DNA of 22,805 nt from Chiloscyllium plagiosum (lineage: Eukaryota), in assembly GCF_004010195.1 (NCBI RefSeq), contig NC_057728.1:42637484-42660288 (forward strand), in the 5' to 3' direction. Position numbers and translations under genes: made by a program. This document shows, one piece after another, positions 1 to 10,800 of this stretch. The stretch's first letter is position 1. Each line of letters starts with the position of its first letter. Below the pieces are notes generated by a model, which was not told the DNA's origin, made no database searches, and was given only the letters and a program-made list of their open reading frames with translations.

Positions 1-1239
1 GGAGCATACCTGATCTGGGAACCATCCACTACAACAAAGGATCAACATTGGAGGCAAAGCCATGTTCCCTTCAATTAGTAACAATAGCCAAGCTCAGGGT
101 TTAAAGGTCCTAAGGCACTTTGTCAAGGAGCGAAGGTAACTATGTAAGATAAGTGGGCGACAGGTAAGTAAATGAGGGAGGATGGTGTCGGGAAGGTCAA
201 GGTGAAGGTGAGCTTTGGGAGGTGAGTGAGGGTATACAGGTGACAGGTCAATGGTTTAGAGGGTAGGGTAGATCAGGTATTTGGAGCACATCACGTCGGT
301 GAGAGGGTGGTACTAGTCAGAGAAGAGGGGCTCAAATATTAGGGAGGAGGGGTTTGGCTATCGGTCAGTATCAAGATTTGGATGATGGTCAGGTATGTGG
401 AATTGCGGGTGTCACTGGCATAATTAGAGTTACAGCAGTGTTAAATGTCTACTTGTCCGGTAAGTAAGTGGGAGCCCTCCAAAGTCTTCGACTTAAACTC
501 ACAGTGTAGAGTTTCTTGCGACTTCCAATTACTGAGTAATTGTCTATTGGAAGTTCAAATTTCCTACATGATTACCTCATATTCAAGACTTCAGAGAGGA
601 CCTGGAGGGCATCTGTTGGGTATGCCTGGTCTCCAACGATCTGGCCCATACTTCATTCTTTTCTCTTTCTCAGTGTGTCTTTTTTTTTGGCTTTTTGACT
701 TGGTCTATATTTTCTCATTTGCTCATATTTTGTATTCCAAAGTCATTTATTTCCTGGTTATCCTAGCTGCCTCAGAATGATCACTCTCCATTTGGTCTTG
801 CTGTTTCTGTTCTCTAACTACTTTTGCCACATTCTATGTTGGCATAAACATTAAGTCAAACAACACTGATGAATTCTAAAAAGAAAAAAAATTAAAGACA
901 TGCTTAAAATGATTAGAGACAAATTGTCATTTGCCAGAATGAAGTATTTTAGGAGAGTGATTGTGTATTGCATTGAATTTTATAAGTTTAGACGATGTGA
1001 AATTTCAATCAGACCATTGAATACAAAGTAATCCATAAAGATTGATATCAAGCTAAGGGGCATATCGGGACCTGATTCTAGTTAGGCGATTACTGTTTGA
1101 ACTGATTTCCTTATCAGTAGGGTTTCTGTTTCTTTGAAGGTAATCAAAACTTTATTTAAGGTACTTTCTCATTCAGTCTGCCTTTCAATTTTGCAGAGTT
1201 TCTATTGTGGGTCAGCTGATGGACTGGAACTTTAATTAA

Positions 1240-1301
1240 GATTCTTGAACTTGATTCTAATCTTGACTCTAATCTCCAGCATCTGCAGTACCCACTTCTG
1301 C
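1240..1301 (+). mobile_element. 62-bp Penelope-like terminal stub flanked by a 16-bp direct repeat
   Basis: CTGGAACTTTAATTAA occurs at 1224-1239 and 1302-1317. The insert contains TCTCCAGCATCTGCAG, the reverse complement of the CTGCAGATGCTGGAGA motif at 4558-4573 and 10915-10930. Penelope assignment is from memory of shark repeats. Confidence 0.6.
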
Positions 1302-1768
1302 CTGGAACTTTAATTAATTTGGCTCCTATTCCATGAGATAATGGGTGGGTGTGGGAAGGGGTACTAGCAAAAGTGATAATTTTGCTCGTAACTTTCTTCA
1401 GTCTGATATGGGTCTCAGACACTCTGGCCAGAGCTTCACTGAGTTCTGCTTTTTCATAGAATGGGTACTGCTGTTGTATTGCTCCAGGATTAGGCTCCTG
1501 TTACAAGTATTCTAATAATTCCATCCAGAGAATCCAATGCAGAATCAATACAGTGGAAAGTAATGCTGACTTCTGCATTTCTACTCCCTTCAAAAGATTT
1601 GCAAAATTTCTGTCATGCCTTGCCATAGACAAAAATTCAGGGCAAATGAATTAAATTAAAATATAACTTTGAACTTGCAGTATAGTAAAGTATACTATTC
1701 GTTAGCACACATAATGATTCTGGAAAAGACAGAAATAAAAACTATTGAACTGTGTGTATTTTCTGCAG

Positions 1769-1873
1769 AGTGCAATTTGACCATTTGTGGAACTGATGTT
1801 CTGACATGTGAAAATGGAGATAAATTGGTGATCGGCTACAGTGCCATTTCTTGTTGTCCTGAATACCGATGTG
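1769..1873 (+). CDS. OTOGL: OTOGL coding exon A (105 nt, phase 1-1)
   Basis: ttttctgcag|AGTGC...CGATGTG|gtaagt; (E)CNLTICGTDVLTCENGDKLVIGYSAISCCPEYRC. Confidence 0.9.
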
Positions 1874-4800
1874 GTAAGTTTGCAGAAAATATCAGACTGA
1901 CAATTTTGGAGATGGGTGGGGGTAATTTCCACTTTCAGTGATGATGCAATGCTAATGGTTAAGGATCAGGATCTCATTAAATTTGACAAAATGAAAAATA
2001 ATCTAGACATACAACAGTTGGCTGATCCACAGTCACCAATGACATGTAGCAGGAAGCACATCTTGGTGCAGAGTTTAAATACCTGGCTGTAAACATTCCA
2101 AAAATAACCAGTGTAAATGTAAGCAGACATTTTTCTTAACTTATTTCCAGTATGTTGGCAAATATTAAAAATGGCATGATATATAGAGTGAATTGATTGT
2201 TTGAAGCAGAAGACACTAACTGGTATAGTTGTATGATTCAAACTTGACTTTATTTAATGATTTCAGTGATTTCTGTATGTTCTTAATCTTCTTCTTATTT
2301 AATTTTAATCCTACAGGGAGTAATGTGTAAAGTTTTCATTATTCTTGTTGAGTTTGTAAGTGGAACATTCAATAAAATATAGACTTTTTGATTTTGCTTA
2401 TGTTTGCTTACAGAATGTGATCCTCTGGCTTGTCCAACTAGTTCACCACCAATATGTAGAGAGGACCAATTTCTTGTTGAAGTACGAAAAGATGATTCTT
2501 GCTGCTTTTCCTTTCAGTGTGGTAAGAAAACTTAGTTCAAACTTGGGCTTTCATTTCACATTTTAACTCATTTCCTAAGCAAAAAAAGCAATTGCCATTG
2601 GCAGACCAACATATGAACTAAAGCTTGCCATGTGAATCAGCTGAGCCTTACCTGATTATCTAAAGCTGACCTTCCCAATCTGAGCACCTATGCCTATGCA
2701 CAACTCCCCCAGACCTGCACTATCCCCTTCAATGCTTATTTCCTACCTTAATCCTTACCCAATTATCACCTTACCTCCTTGCTCACCTACCTATCATTTA
2801 ATACTCTTACCATCCCCAGTCCAGTTACCTTATGTCTTATACACTGAGACTTTGGATCTTTAATTCCAAGATTACAACAGTTGCTGTTTGGCCTCAGGCT
2901 TTGATCCTTCACTGTATTGGAAGGCCCAGAGATTAAGCACATTCCAAGCTTCTGAAGAGGCTTGCAGCAGAAATTCAGACCTGTAACTGTGCATCTCCAA
3001 GATTGTGCAAGTGAAAAGAAGCCAGAGACACAACCAGCCTCTGATTACCGCTTCTCAGAAGATTTGGCCTGAAGGGAGGTGCTTAAGTGTGCTAGTATCC
3101 TCTTTGAAAGACAACAAATATCATTGGACTTACATTACATTCCCTAATGGGACCTGCATAGACACAGTACAGGGATCGCATGATGTTTTTGACCTATTCT
3201 CAATTGACATCAGTTAATTACAGTCCATTTTAAACTCACAACATGCGATAGAACTAAAGGTGTAACAAAATTATTAACACTGGAGACATGACACCACTGG
3301 GTTCTACATAGGATTAAATGGCTTACATTTTTCCACTGTAACATCAAAAATCTGACAACTAACCTTAAATATTTTCAATAGATACAATTATTGAACTTCA
3401 GAGTATGTTGAGTCAAAGTGGGAAAAAATATTAAATAATTAAGTGCCTGTTCTAGCCTTGAAGAATAAATACTTTAATTAGATACACTTGGTTTATTCAG
3501 CAAGGTTAGGGACAATGCTATTTTTAAGAATTGTGGCTTCTGTGTGAAACTCATTGGCTGTATTAGTTGATATTGTATCATGATTTTTTAAAAAGTAGCA
3601 GATAAATATTGTATAATGTAATTAATGTGGATTAAACCCGCGATAAATATCAAACACTGCTTTCCAATTCAGTGTGTGAGTCGTGTATTGACCCAATTCC
3701 TATATGCAATGAGGGAGATGTTCTTGCAGTAGACCTTAACACCACTGATCGCTGCTGTCCATCATACCATTGTGGTAAGTGCAATAAGAACTTTCTCATT
3801 TATAATCTATTTGCTTAGCAAGTCATTTAAAGTTACATGAGTATTTTGAAATAGAAGTGATGTTAATCAAAAGTTAAAGCATTTGTTACTGTGGAAGCAA
3901 ATAGTTATCCATCTTCTGCTTATCCTATTTCTTGAGTAAGTTTTATGCATGTTCATTAAAAAAAGAGCATTAGGAGAAAGGTGCATGTGTAACGGTGCCT
4001 CAGGTTATGATAAAAGAAGGGAGTTGAGTGCATAAACAAAAAACTGGATGCTGGAAATCTGAAACAAAATCAAAACTTGTTGGAGAAACTCAGCAGTTCT
4101 GGCAGCATCTGTGGACAGAAAGCAGAATTAATGTTTCACATCATAGTCATGGAGCCACACAGCATGGAAACAGACTCTTCAGTCTAACATTATCCCAAAC
4201 TAGACTAGTTCCACCTGCCTGCTCCTGGGCCATGTCCCCCTAAACTTTTCCTGTACTTATGTGTGTTCATGTACTTTTCCAAATGTCTTTTAAACATTGC
4301 AATTTACCATATCCACCACTTCCTCATGAAGTTCATTTCACACGCGAACCATCTTCTTTGTAAAAAAAGTTTGCTCCTCATGTCTTTTTTAAATCTCTCT
4401 CCTTAAAAATGTGCTGCCTAGTCTTGAAATTTCCCATTGTAGGGAAAAGACAATTAGTATTAACACTACTTATACCTCTTATTACTTTATAATCTTCTGT
4501 CAGGTCGCCTCTCAACCTCCTTGCTCCAGTAAGAAAAGTTCGAGGAGAAAGTGAGGTCTGCAGATGCTGGAGATCAAAGTTGAAACTTTATTGCTGGCAC
4601 TACTTATACCTCTTATTACTTTATAATCTTCTGTCAGGTCGCCTCTCAACCTCCTTGCTCCAGTAAGAAAAGTCCCAGTCTATCGAGCCTTCCTTTATAT
4701 CTCAAACCTTCCATACCTGGCAACGTCCTGGTACATCTCTTCTGAACCCTCTCCCGCTTGATAATATCCTCCCTATAACTGGGTGAGCAGAACTGGACAC

Positions 4801-7800
4801 AGTATTCCAGACGTGGACTCACCAATATGCTGTACAACCTCAACATGACTTCCCAACTCCCAAAGGACTGAGCGATGAAGGCAAGCATCCCAAGTGTCTT
4901 TTTAATCACCCTGTCTATATGTGGTGTAAATTTCAAACAATTATGTACTTGCACCCTAAGTCCCTTTGTTCTGCAACACGACTGATTAATTGTATAAGCC
5001 CTACTCTTGTTTGTTGTATCAAAATACAATATCTCCAGTCACTCTTCAGAGACTCAGATCCTCTCTCTGAAGAAGGGTCACTGGACTCAAAACATTAACT
5101 CTGCTTTCTCTGCACGGAGTCTTATGCATGTTGTATGAGCAAAGCTTTATAAAAGATGGGAAGAATGGAAGAAGGCCACAAAGAGATACCTTGCCTGACA
5201 ATTGTGAGCAAGTATTCAGTTTGTGTGTCTGTAATTTGAAGCCTCCCTCTGCATTTTATGAACTTGATCTCTCTTTTTCCTTTACATTTCCTTTTAGGTA
5301 TGCCTCTATTCTTTTACCCTGATGGTTTCTTATTTTTATAGCTAGGCTTTTACCCCTGCTCAAACCTTTCCTAAGTAGTTCCATGAGAGGATAATTACTG
5401 TAAGAAATTACTTCTGAAATTTTTGTATACTTCGAGTGTACAGTGCCATTACAATTATTATCACAAATTATTTTTTGTATTCTTGACTCCAGTTGTCATT
5501 TGCTTTGGCCTATTTTATTCTGAGATTTTCAAAGAAAAGCTTTGACTCATTTAAATTAAACAATAACTTGGTAAATCTTCCTTTGCATTTTTTGCGTTTT
5601 AACACTTCTTGTGCTTTCCTATTTTCTCCTTAATTTCAGTCTGTGATGAAAATTTGTGCCGTCCTCCTGACAAGATCTGTACAGATGGAACTAAACTAGT
5701 GAAGAAACCTGTTTCAGGAATCTGCTGTCCTGATTGGCAGTGTGGTAACTATGAATCATTTCTTATCTTATTGCACTCTTTCATAGGAATGAAGGATGTG
5801 TCGAATAAGGCAGCATTTGTTGCCTGCCCCTAAGATGACCCTGAGAAGACAGTGGTGAGCTTGCTTGTAAATGTTCGAATACACAACTTAGGAGTAAGAG
5901 GAGGCCATTCAACCCCGTGAGCCTGGTCTGTCATTCAATAAGATCATCTGATTGTGACCTCAACTGTCCATTCCCACTTAGCTCTGATACCGTTTAACTC
6001 ACTAGTTATCCAAGAATCTATCCACCTGTGTCCTAGAGAAAAAAATAATGAACCCACTTGCACCAAACTTTGGAAAAAAGGTTCCAAATATTCATGAGTC
6101 TCTGAGAGAAAAAAAAATTCTCTTCATCTCTGGCTTAAATAGAAGCCCTGATATTTTTAAACTGCACTCCGCTATTCTGGTCTCCCCACAAAGGGCAACA
6201 TCCTTTCAGCATCCACTCTGTCAAGATCCTTCAGGACCTCAGTAAGATTGCCACATTATTCTAAACTCCAGTGGATATAGGCCCAATCTGTTCAGCCTTT
6301 TTTCATCAGCGAGCTCCTGCATTCAGCTCTCAGTTGTGGAATGTCTCTCATCTGCTTCTAATCCATTTGTATCCTTTCTGAAATAATGAGATCAAACTGC
6401 TTACAGTACTCCCGATGAGGACTCACCAATGCCAAAACAACAATAACGAAGTTTCCCTACTTTTATATTCCATTCCCTTTGTCGTCTTGAAATGTTACAG
6501 TCCATTTATATATATGAAATTATATATCACTAAAAACGATGTTTGAACAGATCAGAACTCCCCATTAATTTAGAGTTTGTTTTATTTTACAGTCTGCAAA
6601 TGTGAGAACAGTACTATTGTTTCATGTCAGGTGGTAAGTACATTTAGTATTGGAACCTTGCATATTGTAACCAAAAACCAGGTATGCATCTAAAATGTGG
6701 CTCAAAACATAGGGCAGAAAGGGTAGCTAACATGTCCCCTTTTAGTATGATTTCAGATTTTAAAAAGATGAAATTTGCAACAGGTATAATGTAAATGCTG
6801 AAAGCCTCTAACCAGTTCCCTGAATGTGTTTATTAGTTTCCATGGTTATTAACTTATGGTAAATATGAAATTAATCTTATTATTCAGAATGGAGTTTGTT
6901 GTATATATTCACTGATAACAGAAGACCAGCACTTTAAAAAAAATCTTGTCCAGTGGTCAAGTTGATAAAGTTCCAATGTTTGACAAATTGATGTTTCAGT
7001 TGATCTGCTGCCTCTCTTTTGTCAATGAGAACCAACTAAACTGTTCATGCCATTATGTATTGGCCTTTAGCTATAGAGGTATAAAGATAGCATGCACATC
7101 TCTGTTGTTTCTCCTGGCACTGTATGTGACACTGATTTGAAATGTAGCACTGCTGCTAGATTTAAAATCAGTGGAAATATTTCCTGTTTAAATGCCGAAC
7201 ATTTGTACTGTAGTAGCCTGTACTCGTGAGAAGGCTACAAAATGAACGTAGGCCTACCGAGTTACTGGGTAGCACCATAGATCACATTCAATAGTATTCC
7301 ACCCACAAGCTGTAGAACTGAAAAGTTACATATTGACATTAGTTCTTCTGCATGGTTGACCTCAGTGTGGCTTTCTGGTGATTGATGGAGATTAGCTTAT
7401 GCTTTTATTTAGAGGCAAATCTAATTGATGAAAGACAGTTCAATTACACCATAATTCTTGGTTTCAATGATGTTAAATACAGGATCCTTGCAACTTTTCA
7501 TGTCCATGTTCAGTGACATTGATGCAATGCGATATAACTGCACTTTTAAATACATGTTTTTGTGAAACAATAGATTCTGTTTATATTTAGTATAGGTACC
7601 TGATGAACAATTTTCATGTTTTAATTGCTCAAAAAATACTGAAATATTCACAGAGACCAGTTGTGGTTTTTCAAGTGACATTTGGCACACAGAATGTTAG
7701 GGAAAGGCTTTGATTTTTATTTTAATTAATTCAGAGTGTGTGGACATTGCTAGTTATGCCAGCATTAATTGCCCATCCCACTTGCACTTCAGAAGGGGAT

Positions 7801-10800
7801 GGTAAACTGCCTTCTTGGATTGCAGCAATCCACTTGGCATAGTGCCCAAAATGCTGTTAGTGAGGGAGTTACAGGATTTTGACTCAGTGACACGAAAGAA
7901 ACAGCAATATATTACCAGGTGAGGATGGTGAGTGACTTGGAGGGGAACTTGCAGGTAATGGTGTTGCGCTTGTCCTTCTAAATGGTAGTGGTTGTGGGTT
8001 TAGAAGGTGCTGTCTCAAGAACCTTGGTGAATTTTTGCAATGCGCCTTGTAGGTGATACAGACTGGTGCTATTCAGCATCAGTGGTGGAGGGAGTGAATG
8101 TCTGTTGATGTGGTAGAAATCAGTTGGGCTGTTTTGTCTTGGATGATGTCAAGCACTTTGAGTGTTATTGGAGCTGTACTTATCCAGAAAAGTTGCGAAT
8201 ATACCATCACTCTTCTGACCTGTCATGTAAACTGTGGACAGGCTTTGAGAAGTCAGGAGGGGAGTTACTTGCTGCAGGATTGCTAGTCTTTGAGCTTCTC
8301 TTGAAGCCATTGTATTTATAAGGTTATTTCAGTTAAATTTCTGATCAATGTTAACCACCTGAAAGTGGGAAATTCAGCAAAGTTAATGTTATTGAATATC
8401 AAGGGTGGTGGTTAGATATTTTTGGGACTTGTATGACTTAAATATTATTTGCAACTTGACAGCACAAACCTGGACGTTATCCACAGGGACACTGATATAG
8501 CTCAAGAGAGACTATTTAATGAATGAAGGTTTCTTTTCATTCTTATATACTTTGCAATCTACCATTTGGCACAAGTAAATAATATGAAATGACCATAAAC
8601 AACACTAAACAGTTACAGAGTCAGTCTCTCACAGACAGGCTGGGCCAATTGACAAGTAAGATAAATGGTTTCCATTGTAAGACTGAGAAAGTTCCTAAAG
8701 TGCCTGTGTCCAGTGACTGTGTCCCTTGAGAATACAAACAGGTTCCACTTAAGGTAATTATCTCTCTATAACATTAACAAGTTTCTACTTTTACTTGCGT
8801 TATTGTGGTTATTTTTATATGTGTAGCTAAATATTTGTGCAGTTCTGATTTGAGCTTACATTCATTATATCCTTTAAAAAAATCAACAAAAAGTCACTTG
8901 ACACCAACCTCCCAGGCTGCTATATACCTATGTATCTCTTCTATACATCTATCTGGTTGTCTAATTAACTTCTGTAGCTATTGGGTACCCACGATTGTTA
9001 ATAACTAGAATACAGCCTGACTACTGAATGTATTCTCAGGCTGTATGTTTCACCAAATTCAGTAATTTTATTTTCAACTAGTATTTTATTATTAGGTTGC
9101 AATAGTTGGTCTGTTATTTGTTGTAATAATTTTTGTTGAAATTTTTCTTAATGTTATAGAGCTTGTCTGTAACTTTTTGAATAATTTACAATTTAACTAA
9201 TTACTTTTTATGTTCAAACAAAAATTCAGGGAGAAGTTCTAACAGAGGACCTTGACTTTCAAAATATTTGTGGCTGTACCCGCTTGATCTGCAGTGAGTT
9301 CCTTGTCTTGTAGCTTTACCTTGTTACTTCTTGGTTAATTTATTCTAGTTATAAGCTTTAATTGAATTGCGAATGTGCCAAATGCCTTCTTCAGCACCCT
9401 GTCTACCTGTGACTCCACATTCAAGGAATTATGAATCTGCACCCCTAGGTCTCTTTGTTCAGTTACACTCCCCAGGGCTTTATTGTTAACTGTATAAGTA
9501 CTACCTTGATTTTCCTTACCAAAATGCAACACCTCTCATTTACCAAAATTAAACTCTATCTGCCACTTCTAGGTTTATTGGCTCAACTGAACAGGGTTCC
9601 GTTGTACTCTGAGATGATCTTCTTCCATGTCCACCACACCATCATTTTTGCGGTCATCTGCAAATTTATTAACCATACCTCCTACATTCACATCCATATC
9701 CAATTTTGTACAAATGATAAAAAGCAGAGGATCCAGAACAAATCCTTGTAGCACACTGCTAATCACAGGTCTTCAGTTTCAAAATCAATTCTCCACCACC
9801 ATACTTTGTCTCCTACTTTCAAGCCAATTTTGTATCCAATTGGCCAGCTCCCCCTGGATCCCAGTCGACATGCAGAACCTTGTCAAACACCTTGCTGAAA
9901 TCCATATAGATGACGTATACTACTCTGCCTTCACCAATTGTCTTTGTCACTTCTTCAAAAAACTCAATCAAGTTAGTGAGACATGATTACCCACCACAAA
10001 GCCTTGCCTTTCCAAATGCATGCAAATCCTGTCCTTCAGAATCCCCTCCAATAATTTACTTGCCTCTTACATCAGGCTCATTGGTCTATAGTTTTGTGGC
10101 TTTCCCTTACCACGTTTCTTTAATAATGGCACCATATTAGCCAACCTCCAGCCTTCCGGCACCTCACTTATGGCTGTTAATGGTACAAATATCTCAGCAA
10201 GGGACCCAGCAATTTCTTCCCTAGCTTACTACAAAGTTCTGGGAAGCACCTGATCAGGTCATGGGGATTTATCTACCTTTAGACATTTTAAGACCTCCAG
10301 CATCTTCTTTTTTGTAAAATGAATTATTTTCAAGACGTCGCTATTTATTTCCTCAAGTTCCTTCACTTCCATGTCCTTCTTCACCGTAAAAACTGACATG
10401 AAATATTTGTTTAGTATCTCACACATCTCCTGTGGTTCCACAGGGCAACAGGGCAATGTTGATCTTTAAGGGGCCCTCTCCACTCCCTGGTTACTCTTTT
10501 TCCCTTAAAATATTTGCAGAATCTCTTTGAATTGTCCTTAGCTCTATTTATCAAAGCTATCTCATGTCCCCATTTTGCCTTCCTGATTTCCCTTTTAAAT
10601 CAGTCTCCTACTGTCCTTAAACTCCTTGAGGGATTCACTCAATCCAAGCTGTCTATACCTGACATTTGCCCCAGTTTTCTTTCTTCACCAGAGCCGGAAT
10701 TTCTGTAGTCATTCAACATTGCCTACACCTACCAGCCTTGCCTTTTACACTAATGGGAACAATTGTCTCTGAACCCTCAATTTTAGAGGCCTCCCACTTC

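Larger units (their letters stand above)
4034..5114. mobile_element. Palindromic Penelope-derived terminal-repeat element (left arm 4034-4138 plus 5031-5053, right arm ~5062-5114), interrupted by a CR1 insertion
   Basis: GACAGAAAGCAGAATTAATGTTTC (4114-4137) is nearly the reverse complement of AAAACATTAACTCTGCTTTCTCTG (5089-5112). TCCAGTCACTCTTCAGAGA pairs with TCTCTGAAGAAGGGTCACTGGA. The left arm resembles 10900-11030. Confidence 0.65.

Noticed and set aside
1..646. Purine/G-rich tract and possible old repeat; similar unclassified stretches at ~2590-3070 and ~18830-19500
   Set aside because: Probably decayed interspersed repeats, but I could not define family, termini or coding remnants.
445..1422. 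ORFs 445-780 and 1156-1422, and the many other 60-150 aa ORFs
   Set aside because: No recognisable domains or splice-compatible context. Many are off-frame or antisense readings of SINEs and LINEs (e.g. 14120-14485, 19749-20119, 16807-17244, 22558-22794).
1460..1492. Possible extra Cys-containing exon after ttttcatag
   Set aside because: The Cys-bearing frame (NGYCCCIAPGL) does not fit the OTOGL module pattern and I found no convincing matching donor.
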